Of a stretch of DNA of 64,000 nt, positions 28,129-37,700 are shown one piece after another; position 1 is the stretch's first letter; each line of letters begins with the position of its first letter. The notes under the pieces were generated by a model that was not told the DNA's origin, did no database searches, and was given only the letters and a program-made list of their open reading frames with translations. The position numbers were made by a program, and so were the translations under genes. Source of the DNA: Parcubacteria group bacterium Gr01-1014_8 (lineage in GTDB: Bacteria; Patescibacteriota; Minisyncoccia; Phycocordibacterales; UBA2100); assembly GCA_007376385.1 (NCBI GenBank), contig VMGC01000002.1:136372-200371 (forward strand), read 5' to 3'.

Positions 28129-28346
28129 ACAGGTTGATGATCAGAGCTGCCTTAGTAAGGGACAGACCGACAGAATGGACTGGATATAGGACGTCATGTA
28201 TGCCGGAATTGACAGTCAGTAAAATTGTGTTGTTTCGGACATTTTATCGTCAACTTTCGTTGACAGGGATTGTACCGCGCGTACTGTTACGGACAGCGCT
28301 CTTTTAATTTACGCTATTACTAAAGATTAATTATAAATACGAGCAT

Positions 28347-29606
28347 ATGACGTTGTTACGTTTGGCACGTGTGGGAGGTGTTGCGGCTTTTGCTGTTCTC
28401 TTGTTCACACTCGTTTCGTTTGTGGGAAACCAGCGTCTTGCTTACGCAGATGAGGTGCCCGTTTCGGGCTCTGACATTGTGTGCGACACGTATCGTCAAC
28501 TGCAGGAACAGGGATTGCCGATCCCTCCAGGACTCGATGTGAGCGGTTGTGAAGGAGGTGGGGGAGGCGGCGGTGGTGGCGAACCGCCACTACCAACGGT
28601 TACAGAGTGCATAGACGGTATTGATAACGACGGAGATGGACGTACCGATTTTCTTCCGATATACGGCGACCCCGATTGTGATAACTTCTCTGATGATAGC
28701 GAGGCGGCGAGCGGAGGAGGCGGCGGTGGCGGTTCTACTCCAGCATGTGCCGATGGCATTGATAACGACGGCGATGGGCTCGTAGATAGTGTTGACCCGG
28801 GCTGCTCAGACACTTCCGATACTGACGAGGCCGATCCTACGGGGGGCGGCGTAGGAGGTGGTGGAGGTGGCGGAGGCGGAGGCCCCGCAGCGGCGTGCGA
28901 GGACAGCATAGACAATGACCTCGATGGTCTTAAAGACATGCAAGACCCAGGGTGTGAAAATGCTTCTGACAACGACGAAACCAACGGTTCTGGTGGAGGA
29001 GGAGGCGGCGGGGGAGGTGGCGAGGCAGCGACGACAACGGCACCAACTCCAGAAATTCTCGGCGCATCAACGCCAGCACAGGAACTTTCGTGCGACTCCT
29101 ACCTGACGGCATTCATTCGCTTCGGCGGAAAGAATGATGCAGACCAGGTTATGCGCCTCCAGAAAGTACTCAAAGATTACGAGAAGGCGGATGTGAATGA
29201 AAATGGTACCTACGATGCTGCAACTCTCAAGGCAGTACATGCATTCCAAACAAAGTATGCCGATGAAATTCTTACACCATGGGGTATCAAGAGCTCGACA
29301 GGCTATGTGTATCTCACGACGCGAAAGAAAGTGAATGAAATTCGGTGCGAGAATAAGAAGACATTTCCGCTTTCGGAAGAAGAACAGAAGAAAGTCGAGG
29401 AAACACGGGTTTCTGCGGCAGTCAGGGACATCGGCACAGACGCATCTCCCGCAAAACCAGCGGAGCCAGCAAAACCTGCAGTAGTAAAAGCTAAAGATGT
29501 AACGGACAGGACCGCCGATTCATCGTCAAAAGACGAGACAGTGCAGGTGAGCGGATTGAAGAGGGTGTGGGATTTCCTCGGCAGAATGTTCAACAGAGCG
29601 CGCTAA
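28347..29606 (+). CDS. Secreted protein with four C-x-DGIDNDGDG-x-D...DPGC Ca/metal-binding repeats (MopE-like) separated by poly-Gly linkers, plus a C-terminal peptidoglycan-binding (PG_binding_1-like) domain
   Basis: Signal/TM N-terminus; repeats TECIDGIDNDGDGRTD, ACADGIDNDGDGLVD, ACEDSIDNDLDGLKD; G8-12 runs; C-terminus LQKVLKDY...TLKAVHAFQTKYADEILTPWGIKSSTGYVY. Confidence 0.7.
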   Translation: MTLLRLARVGGVAAFAVLLFTLVSFVGNQRLAYADEVPVSGSDIVCDTYRQLQEQGLPIPPGLDVSGCEGGGGGGGGGEPPLPTVTECIDGIDNDGDGRTDFLPIYGDPDCDNFSDDSEAASGGGGGGGSTPACADGIDNDGDGLVDSVDPGCSDTSDTDEADPTGGGVGGGGGGGGGGPAAACEDSIDNDLDGLKDMQDPGCENASDNDETNGSGGGGGGGGGGEAATTTAPTPEILGASTPAQELSCDSYLTAFIRFGGKNDADQVMRLQKVLKDYEKADVNENGTYDAATLKAVHAFQTKYADEILTPWGIKSSTGYVYLTTRKKVNEIRCENKKTFPLSEEEQKKVEETRVSAAVRDIGTDASPAKPAEPAKPAVVKAKDVTDRTADSSSKDETVQVSGLKRVWDFLGRMFNRAR

Positions 29607-29884
29607 ACGAAATCAAATCGTACAGAAACGACGCCATATTCTGGCGTCTTTTTTGTCCTATACCAACTATGACACTCTGTCCTTAGTGGTGCGCATAGAT
29701 TCTGCAGCGTTGACAATAATGGACGGACTTTGTACGATGCGCGCCGTTAGAGACAAACATCTCCCGTTCCTTGTCATTTTTTGTAGGAGGTCAGGGCGGG
29801 CCCAAAGCCGACAGCTTTCACGCTGGTTTCCCTAGGTTTTGGGCCCACCCAGGATTCCTACATGATCACGTAAAATATTATACA

Positions 29885-29922
29885 GGGAAGATAAAAAAGG
29901 CCGCGTTGAGCGGTTTTTTTAT
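29885..29922. terminator. Bidirectional terminator-like hairpin (AAAAAAGGCCGCGTTGAGCGGTTTTTTT)
   Basis: A-run/stem/T-run read directly. Confidence 0.5.
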
Positions 29923-29961
29923 TGGCGACGTAGAGCGAGTGAAATGAACGTGTACTCATGT

Positions 29962-30033
29962 TCATTTCCGAGCCGAGGAGCCAACATAGGGTCGAATGCC
30001 CCGCGGCTTGCCCGCGGAATGAATACCCTTTAT
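29962..30033. repeat. Dispersed palindromic repeat, copy 3 (most diverged)
   Basis: ATTTCCGAGCCGAGGAGCCAACATAGGGTCGAATGCC...CCTTTAT. Confidence 0.5.
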
Positions 30034-30458
30034 TGCAACTCATTATAAAAAAATATCAATGGTGTTTGACAACAAGCATGAATACGTATCGAAATACTTT
30101 TCCACATGGCTAATTCATTGACACTCCACGAGAACGCGCGATAATTCGCCTACGTTTCGTCGCGTGCGCAAAATGCGATAAAGCGAGGGGAACCAGCGGA
30201 CAATATGTCCGTTGAGAACATTTTTTTTACTCACAGCTGTCTTTTTGAAATGAAGAGACGAGGCATCGCTGACCGTGATGCGTCGTTTTTTATTATGCAA
30301 ATGGACGACTGAAGTCCATGGAGCGGCTTATTTCCATGAAATGAGCCGCTCCGTGAACTGCAAGGTTCATGAGAAAGGTCGAGTTCTGCATTGCGCCGTC
30401 CGTACGGAGGCACAATGTCAGGTTTATCAAAACTTATCAACATGAAAAATTCAAAGAT

Positions 30459-31355
30459 ATGACTAAGACTATGAAAATCGGTGCAGTTCTTGCAACAAGC
30501 GCGATGGTTTTGTCGCAGTTCGCAGCAATTCCTGCATACGCATGTGAGGACTGGTGCTGGGGCGAAGGAAGCTCTGACGACAACAGCGTCTACATAAAGG
30601 TTTCGAACTCAGGCACAATCTACAACGAAACTAAAGCTAAGGCAGACACTGGCGACAACGATGCCGGCGGAAGCTACGGCGGCGACGGCGGCTCTGCTGG
30701 AGACGGTGGCGACGGCGGCGAAGCTGATGTGGAAGGCGGTGTTAATTGGTGCGGAGAGTGCAGCGACGGATCGGACAGCGAAGCAAACGGAGGCGACGGC
30801 GGCAACGGCGGCGACTCGAACGGCGGCGATGCAGGTCCGGGTGGGCTCGTAGACACTGGGGATGCTGACGCAAACGCAGGAACAGTCAACACACTCAACA
30901 CGACCGATATCGCAGTTGAGGGATGTGGCTGTGAGGATGACCAGGATGAGTGCGGATGCATTCCTCCATGGCTCCGACGCGACGTTGACAACAGCGTCCG
31001 CGTGAAGGTCCACAACGACGGCACGATCAACAACGAAACTAAAGCTAAGGCAGACACTGGCGACAACGATGCCGGCGGAAGCTACGGCGGCGATGGTGGC
31101 GGCGATTGTCACTGTGACGGCGGTGGCGACGGTGGCGACGGCGGTGACGCTGAAGTTGGCGACGACGAAGAGGGCTGTGGTTGTGAATGGGACATCGGTG
31201 GCGGCGGCACAGCAAACGGCGGCGACGGCGGCGACGGCGGAGACGCTGACGGCGGCGACGGCGACGTAGGAGGCACGATCCGAACGGGCGACGCTCGATC
31301 GGACGCTGGCACTGTGAACGTGATGAACACGACTCTTGTTCGTGTAACTCGCTAG
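30459..31355 (+). CDS. Secreted acidic Gly/Asp-rich, Cys-containing repeat protein (two approximately 130-aa modules with a near-identical 65-bp DNA duplication)
   Basis: Signal peptide MKIGAVLATSAMVLSQFAAIPAYA; repeated NETKAKADTGDNDAGGSYGGDGG and TGDA..AGTVN..NTT blocks; CGEC/CGCE/CHCD Cys pairs. Confidence 0.6.
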   Translation: MTKTMKIGAVLATSAMVLSQFAAIPAYACEDWCWGEGSSDDNSVYIKVSNSGTIYNETKAKADTGDNDAGGSYGGDGGSAGDGGDGGEADVEGGVNWCGECSDGSDSEANGGDGGNGGDSNGGDAGPGGLVDTGDADANAGTVNTLNTTDIAVEGCGCEDDQDECGCIPPWLRRDVDNSVRVKVHNDGTINNETKAKADTGDNDAGGSYGGDGGGDCHCDGGGDGGDGGDAEVGDDEEGCGCEWDIGGGGTANGGDGGDGGDADGGDGDVGGTIRTGDARSDAGTVNVMNTTLVRVTR

Positions 31356-31416
31356 TTCACGCATCTCTGGAGAGAGAACCTCTGTTCTCTCTCTGGGGTG
31401 GGTGGGAGGGAAGTCA

Positions 31417-34263
31417 ATGCTTCCCCCCTCTCATGAGATCTTGCAATTTAGCCGAGGTCTCATTAGGAGGGAACTAAAGCGTGGCTCTATGTATACATAT
31501 AAAGATGTTGGAATAGTGTGGGTGACCGCGTTCGTACTTGCGGGCGTGATTATTTTAACTGGCGGAATGCCTGGAGTGTTGGCATTTGCACAGGAGGCGG
31601 AAGCACCGCCTGCATACGCAGAGGCGGCGTACTACGCCGAAGCGAGCTACTATGCGGAGGCCGCGTATGAGCCAGCGCCCGAGCCTACTCCGGAGGTGCA
31701 GGCGCAAACTCAAGAAACAATTAATCCTAATGAGAACACAGGCTCGGAAGGAACTGATGGGCAGCCGGATGCTGCACCTCCTCAAGATGGGGAGAACGGC
31801 GACGATAGTACGCCGACAGATCCAGCGACCGACGGAGAGCCAGGCCAGGACAACAATGCACCAGTGGATCCACCGGCAGCTGATGGAACGCCGACAACAA
31901 TTAATACGGGTGATGCGTCTGCGGATTCAACATCAACGGATGCAGGGAACCTGACAAACATAGACACACCTGCTCCGGACCCGAACACCTATCCGTATGG
32001 AAAACCACCAGCATGGTTCATCGCTGCATGTGAAAAATATCCGCAACCCAAGTGCGAGAAATACATCGTTAAACCTCCTCCGACAACGGTTGTAGTGAGC
32101 GACGATATCGTGCTTGAGAATGGGGGGGAAGCAGTCGCAGAGACTGGAGAAAATACAGCAGTGGACCCTGAAGGCGTCTCTATCACGACAGGAAATTCTG
32201 ATGCGTTCGGCTACCTCATCTCGCTCTTTAACGTTGTTGTGACGAATTCAACCGGCTCGATACTCTTCCTCAAGAACCCGCTTTCGAGCGCCCTCGACTT
32301 CACGCAGCGTATCATGGACATTTTCAACAATCTTGCCGGAGGAGACGGCGACTGTACGCTCCTTGGCTGCTCAATTTCTGACGCGGTCTTCAATCTCATC
32401 ACTGATGATACGGCGACAGTCTCGAATGAGCTTATTGTTCGAGCGGGGACCGGAGCGAACGCCGCGACGTCTACCGACGGCGTAGCAAGCATCGACACGG
32501 GAAATGCGAACGCGTTCGGAGGTATCGTGAACTTCGGCAACCTTCAGATAGTCGATTCGCGCTACATGATAATCCTCATGACCAACCAGGGCGACCTGTC
32601 AGGGAACATCGTTCTTCCTGAAGCTGAATTTTTCAGGCAGCTCTCCACGGGAGCGAAATTCGGAAGCGCGAGCTCGTTCGATACGACGAACGGCGCTGAT
32701 GTGACGAACGATGGAACGGCGAATGCGGATACGGGAGACAACGCCGCAGTTGCATCCTCAACTGAGGAGATAGCGCAGATACACACCGGAGAGGCGGATG
32801 CTGATGCCTCCACGATAAACTTTGTGAACCAGATAGGCGCTCCTATCTGCTTTATCGTGAACGTAGGCGGCAGGTGGCGCGGAGATGTAAAGCGTCTCCC
32901 AGAAGGCTTCTCTCGCGAGCAGACTGAATTCGGCGAGATAATCTGTGGAGCGGGAACAAACACAGATAGACCTGGCGCGCGTGACAACTTCCACGCGACA
33001 ACGACAAACTATGCAAAAGTATTGAACAAGGCGATCGTCGAAGCAACGACAGGGGCGAATGCAGCAGCAGGCGCGGCGGCGCGGATCAACACAGGCGACG
33101 CTGATGCGTTCGTGCAGATCCTCAACGTCTTGAACCAGAGCATCATCGGACAAGACTGGATATTCGCTCTTTTCACCGTAACAGGCGATTGGAACGGCAA
33201 CCTCATATTCGGCGCAGACCCGGCAGTGCCTGGCAGCGGCGGCGGGGATGTCCTCACGCAGATCGCAGCATCAATGCTCGCAGGCGCAGGCGGCGGCCTG
33301 CCTGGTGGATACACATCTGACCCGAAATTGTCTGTCACAAAAACAGCGAATGTAACGAGCGCAAAGGCTCCTGCGAAAGTCGATTACACGGTCGTGGTGA
33401 AGAATGACAAGGGGGGAGGCGCAGCATACCGCGCAGTGCTCTCGGATATTCTCGTTGAACCTTCGAAGGGCTCACGGATCTCTACACGCTGGTGGAATCT
33501 TGGAACCGTGAAAGAGGGCGAGGAAATAACGCTCACCTACACCATCGAGTACAACGAAGAGATACCGTACGGTGTGTATGAAAACACTGCGACTGTCTCG
33601 GGCTACAAAAACAGCTCGATCTATGTCGCGCCAAATCCATTCGACCAAATTTCTGCGACGGCAAGCGTCGAGATAAGCGGAGGAGAGATATTGGGAGTGC
33701 AGACAACGAACTCGTGCAAACCTCTTCTCAAGGGCTTTGTCAAGGTTGGGCAGAAGAATTCTCCTGAGGATGTGCGTAACCTGCAGACATTCCTCTTGGT
33801 TTCTGAAGGCGACCAGATAGGGGCTTCGGGTGTGTACGACCAGAAAACAATAAATGCCGTAAAAAAGTTCCAGCAGAAATATGCCGAGTACATCTTGACG
33901 CCATGGGGAGTAACAGAGCCGACAGGAAATGTGTACTACACGACACAACACACCATCAACAATATGTACTGCCGAGGTTCGGGCGCGTTCTCGCTCTCCG
34001 CGGATCAAGTGAGTGAAATAAACGGGTTCAAGGCAAAGTACACGAATCCGCTTCCGAATGTTCCTAAGCCGGACCCTATCATCGAGGGAGTGGGACAAAT
34101 ACAGAAAAAGATGAAGCCTCCGGTGACACTCGAGCTCCCGAAAATAGTCCCCGCGTCGGCGCTCCTAAAGTCGTTCGCTCCGACTTCTAATGCAGGAAGA
34201 TCGAATGGGCTTGGCAAGTGGATGAAATCAATGATGCCGTTCGTCGAGGCGGGAGAAGAATAG
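31417..34263 (+). CDS. Large (approximately 950 aa) membrane-anchored surface protein with T-G-(D/N)-A-x-A repeats, a DUF11-type conserved-repeat domain and a C-terminal PG_binding_1-like domain
   Basis: GGGAGGG SD 7 nt upstream; N-terminal TM; DUF11-like LSVTKTANVTSAKAPAKVDYTVVVKND...NTATVSGY; C-terminus FQQKYAEYILTPWGVTEPTGNVYYTT is paralogous to that of the gene at 28347. Confidence 0.7.
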   Translation: MLPPSHEILQFSRGLIRRELKRGSMYTYKDVGIVWVTAFVLAGVIILTGGMPGVLAFAQEAEAPPAYAEAAYYAEASYYAEAAYEPAPEPTPEVQAQTQETINPNENTGSEGTDGQPDAAPPQDGENGDDSTPTDPATDGEPGQDNNAPVDPPAADGTPTTINTGDASADSTSTDAGNLTNIDTPAPDPNTYPYGKPPAWFIAACEKYPQPKCEKYIVKPPPTTVVVSDDIVLENGGEAVAETGENTAVDPEGVSITTGNSDAFGYLISLFNVVVTNSTGSILFLKNPLSSALDFTQRIMDIFNNLAGGDGDCTLLGCSISDAVFNLITDDTATVSNELIVRAGTGANAATSTDGVASIDTGNANAFGGIVNFGNLQIVDSRYMIILMTNQGDLSGNIVLPEAEFFRQLSTGAKFGSASSFDTTNGADVTNDGTANADTGDNAAVASSTEEIAQIHTGEADADASTINFVNQIGAPICFIVNVGGRWRGDVKRLPEGFSREQTEFGEIICGAGTNTDRPGARDNFHATTTNYAKVLNKAIVEATTGANAAAGAAARINTGDADAFVQILNVLNQSIIGQDWIFALFTVTGDWNGNLIFGADPAVPGSGGGDVLTQIAASMLAGAGGGLPGGYTSDPKLSVTKTANVTSAKAPAKVDYTVVVKNDKGGGAAYRAVLSDILVEPSKGSRISTRWWNLGTVKEGEEITLTYTIEYNEEIPYGVYENTATVSGYKNSSIYVAPNPFDQISATASVEISGGEILGVQTTNSCKPLLKGFVKVGQKNSPEDVRNLQTFLLVSEGDQIGASGVYDQKTINAVKKFQQKYAEYILTPWGVTEPTGNVYYTTQHTINNMYCRGSGAFSLSADQVSEINGFKAKYTNPLPNVPKPDPIIEGVGQIQKKMKPPVTLELPKIVPASALLKSFAPTSNAGRSNGLGKWMKSMMPFVEAGEE

Positions 34264-34299
34264 AGCACCGAGGCGCTTTCAGCGCCCAGTTGTAGTAGA

Positions 34300-34947
34300 A
34301 TGCCACCCTATATGAAGTATGTTCTCACATCCCTCGTTCTACTCCTCGTTCCAGGCGTCTCGTTTGGGGCGGGGCTTGCGGCGAGTACCGATGGCATCAT
34401 CTACAGGCAGGCGAGCGTTACTGTCTCCAATAGCCTGCCTGCCGCGTCGAGTGCGGCGCAGGCAGGCGGCTCCATCAATAGCAACACAAGTTCGTCGGCA
34501 TCGAGCGGGGGAAATTCAGTAGGAAGCGGCCTGCCCGGCCAGGGTGGCTCTGTAACCACCGGAAATGCAAGCGCATCTGCTTCGACTGAAGTTACCAGCG
34601 ATGGCAGCGGTGGCAGTGTAAAAGTGAAAGTGGAGACAGACAGTGGAGATGGGAAAAAAGTCGAGGAGTATCAGAAAGACCTAAAGGCTGGGGAATCAAT
34701 TGATGTAAGCGTCGAAGCGACGTCGAAAAGCGGAGGAGGGACGTCCGAAAGCAGTGTCAAAGTAACAGCGAACGGCTCCGAGGTCGCAACGTCAAGCGCA
34801 ACGTCCACTGATGCCGCAACTCCCATGGCGGAGGCTGTCGCAATGGAAGCTTCGGCCTCGTCCAGTCTAGGTAAGATAACATTCACCAACATATTTGCAG
34901 GTATTAAGAGCGCATTCCACGGATTCTTGAACTTCTTTGGTTTCTAA
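34300..34947 (+). CDS. Secreted Ser/Gly/Thr-rich low-complexity protein with a hydrophobic C-terminus
   Basis: Signal peptide; TGNASASASTEVTSDGSGGSVKV-type repeats resembling the adjacent proteins. Confidence 0.5.
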   Translation: MPPYMKYVLTSLVLLLVPGVSFGAGLAASTDGIIYRQASVTVSNSLPAASSAAQAGGSINSNTSSSASSGGNSVGSGLPGQGGSVTTGNASASASTEVTSDGSGGSVKVKVETDSGDGKKVEEYQKDLKAGESIDVSVEATSKSGGGTSESSVKVTANGSEVATSSATSTDAATPMAEAVAMEASASSSLGKITFTNIFAGIKSAFHGFLNFFGF

Positions 34948-35959
34948 GCAGGTTACAATAGGGTACATGGCGCGACCGAGCGTTGAGCGAGGAAGTACTG
35001 AGCGTAGCAACGCGAATGTGCGCCCAAAGCGCAAGAGCCGAAATAAGATATCGCATGTGATCTTGCCGTTGCCGGAAAACGGCCACCATCCGCATCTTCT
35101 TCGCGGCCCCACCGTGATGACGGTGCTGGCCGTTGTGAGCGTTCTCCAAATAGGGTTCTTCGCTTACCAATTCACATTCCTTTCATCGAGCGTGAACATA
35201 GCGAGCGTGCTACCGGGGGCCATCGCACTTCTCTCAAATACTGCGCGTGCAGAAGCAGATAGTTTGCCTCTCGAGATCAGTCCCGTTTTAGCCGGAGCTG
35301 CGCAAAAAAAAGCCGAGGATATGGCGCAAAAAGGCTATTTTGCACACAAAGAGCCCAATGGCGACATGCCATGGCATTGGTTCACAGAGGCCGGATACAA
35401 CTATGTATACGCAGGCGAGAACTTGGCGGTGAATTTTTCTGACACGAAACAGCTTGTTGATGCATGGCTAGCGTCTCCGGCGCATCGCGACAATATTTTG
35501 AAACCGCAATACACCGAGATAGGCATCGGCATGGCGACTGGTACATACAAGGGAAAAGAAGCAATATTCGTAGTCCAATTTTTTGGAGCAGAACAAGATT
35601 CACGTTATGCAGTTTCAAATACAGATACAGTTGAAGACGTGGCAAAAATAGATGCCGCAACTTCATCCGTTCTCGGGGAACAGGTCAGCAACGCGAGCTC
35701 TGCTGGTTCGCTTTTGGACAATGTGAGAATTTCTCCGCGGACGTATGCCATCCGCACGCTGATGTCGCTTATCGCGCTGTTCGCAGCGTTGCTCGCGTTC
35801 AGTCTGATGCCCGCGTTCCGTGCGCATCCTCGGGCGGTTATGAATGGTTTCCTGGTCATTACGGTCCTTGTTTTCTTTTACGCATTCCAAGACGGATTTT
35901 TTGGAAGGACAGTGCTCTCGGATGAGGCGCAAGCAGCAACGGTAGCGTCAGTGTTATGA
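34937..35959 (+). CDS. CAP/SCP-domain (YkwD-like) protein flanked by N- and C-terminal TM helices
   Basis: CAP domain blocks GYFAHKEPNGDMPWHW, GENLAVNF, HRDNILKPQYTEIGIG. Confidence 0.7.
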   Translation: MVSKQVTIGYMARPSVERGSTERSNANVRPKRKSRNKISHVILPLPENGHHPHLLRGPTVMTVLAVVSVLQIGFFAYQFTFLSSSVNIASVLPGAIALLSNTARAEADSLPLEISPVLAGAAQKKAEDMAQKGYFAHKEPNGDMPWHWFTEAGYNYVYAGENLAVNFSDTKQLVDAWLASPAHRDNILKPQYTEIGIGMATGTYKGKEAIFVVQFFGAEQDSRYAVSNTDTVEDVAKIDAATSSVLGEQVSNASSAGSLLDNVRISPRTYAIRTLMSLIALFAALLAFSLMPAFRAHPRAVMNGFLVITVLVFFYAFQDGFFGRTVLSDEAQAATVASVL

Positions 35960-37452
35960 TGACCGGCATGAGAGATGAGGGCTTATCGAGCGGCGAGTCT
36001 ATCCGTGCGGAGCGATTGAAAAAGTTGCAGGTTCTAAAGGAGACAGGGATGGATGCGTATCCGTCGCATAGTTCGCGCGATACATCGATAGCAGAGTTCG
36101 CGGCTGGCTTTGAGGAGAGAATGAAAAGCGGGAAAGCAGCGACAGTTGCAGGCCGCCTCATGTCGCTTCGCGGGCAAGGGGGCATTATGTTCGCGGATAT
36201 CTTTGACGGTACAGCTCGCACACAGATAGTTCTTCAGAAAGCTGAGATGGATGGATCTCTGTTCGATCTATTTGCTGAGACCGTTGACGTGGGCGATTTT
36301 GTAGAAGCGACTGGCGTTGCATTCAAAACAAAACGAGGCGAGAACTCACTTAAAGTTTCGAAATGGAGAATGCTTGCGAAGTCGTTGATGCCGATACCGA
36401 GCGAATGGTACGGAGTAAAGGATGAAGAATTGAAGTTGCGCCAGAGATATCTCGACATACTACTGAATGAAGATATCCGCGCGATGTTTGAGCGTCGTGC
36501 CAAATTTTGGAAGGCCGCGAGGGATTTTTATCTGTCGCGAGGATTCTTGGAAGTCGAGACACCGGTACTCGAGACAACTCCGGGGGGCGCAGACGCGCGT
36601 CCATTCATCACGCACCACAATGCGCTCAATATGGATGTGTATCTGCGCATCTCATGCGGCGAGTTGTGGCAAAAGAAACTTCTCATGGCCGGATATCCGA
36701 AGGTTTTTGAAATAGGCAGGATATTTCGAAATGAAGGCCAGTCGCGCGAACACTTGCAGGATTACACTCAACTGGAATCGTACGAGGCATATGCTGATGC
36801 GGCGTCGGGCATGAAATTTGTTCAGGAGCTGTATCGGCATGTTGTGAAAGAAACGTACGGACAATACACATTCACGATTGGCGAACACACAGTTGATTTT
36901 GCGGAAGTCTGGCCGACAGTGGATTTTTCAGACGCGATACAAAACAAATTTGGTATCAATCCAATTGCCTGCTCCGACGCCGAAGCGATACACACCGCGC
37001 GGAGTGCAGGAATCCAATTCAACATTGTGGAATCGCCAAACAAAGCGAGGGCGGTAGACCACTTGTGGAAGCTTGTGCGAAAAAGTATCTCTGGGCCGGC
37101 ATTTTTGGTGGGTGTACCGGTCTTTCTTGAGCCGCTTGCAAAGAGAAAGTCAGATAATATGGATGTGGTTGACCGCATACAGGTATTGATAGCAGGCAGC
37201 GAGATAGGGAAAGGATACAGCGAGCTCAATGATCCCTTGGACCAGTACTCACGATTCGAAGAGCAGCAGAAAATGCGCGATGCGGGAGACCCTGAAGCAC
37301 AGCGGCTGGACAAAGAATACGTCCAAGCTATGGAGTACGGCATGCCGCCCGCGTTCGGTTTCGGCGTGTCGGAGCGCCTCTTTGCGTTCCTTGAGAATAG
37401 ACCAGCGCATGAGACGCAATTGTTTCCATTGTTAAGACCGAAGGTAGATTAA
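35956..37452 (+). CDS. lysS: Lysine--tRNA ligase (class II)
   Basis: OB-fold N-domain; class II motifs FRNEG and GLGIDR-like (GFGVSER). Confidence 0.9.
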   Translation: MMTGMRDEGLSSGESIRAERLKKLQVLKETGMDAYPSHSSRDTSIAEFAAGFEERMKSGKAATVAGRLMSLRGQGGIMFADIFDGTARTQIVLQKAEMDGSLFDLFAETVDVGDFVEATGVAFKTKRGENSLKVSKWRMLAKSLMPIPSEWYGVKDEELKLRQRYLDILLNEDIRAMFERRAKFWKAARDFYLSRGFLEVETPVLETTPGGADARPFITHHNALNMDVYLRISCGELWQKKLLMAGYPKVFEIGRIFRNEGQSREHLQDYTQLESYEAYADAASGMKFVQELYRHVVKETYGQYTFTIGEHTVDFAEVWPTVDFSDAIQNKFGINPIACSDAEAIHTARSAGIQFNIVESPNKARAVDHLWKLVRKSISGPAFLVGVPVFLEPLAKRKSDNMDVVDRIQVLIAGSEIGKGYSELNDPLDQYSRFEEQQKMRDAGDPEAQRLDKEYVQAMEYGMPPAFGFGVSERLFAFLENRPAHETQLFPLLRPKVD

Positions 37453-37524
37453 TGCATGCAATTTTTTGTCCTGTTCTGACATTCGTCGCCATATAGTGCA
37501 GGAGAGAACATTTGCTATACTGTC

Positions 37525-37695
37525 ACCACTCCTTCGGGGTTGGGTGAAAGTCCCAATCGGCGGTATAGCCCGCGAGTTCTTAGGGACACGATTTGGTGAG
37601 ATTCCAAAGCCGACCGTACAGTCGGGATGAAAGAAGGAAGCGAGGCACCCTTGTTGGATGCTTGCGTGGTAACCCCGATGGATCGGGGTTTTTTA
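37525..37695 (+). ncRNA. FMN riboswitch (RFN element) with a terminator expression platform (AACCCCGATGGATCGGGGTTTTTT at 37671-37694)
   Basis: GGGTGAAAGTCCCAATCGGCGGTATAGCCCGCGAG...GATTTGGTGAGATTCCAAAGCCGAC...AGTCGGGATGAAAGAAGG matches conserved FMN aptamer blocks; upstream of the rib operon. Confidence 0.85.
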
Positions 37696-37700
37696 TTTAT

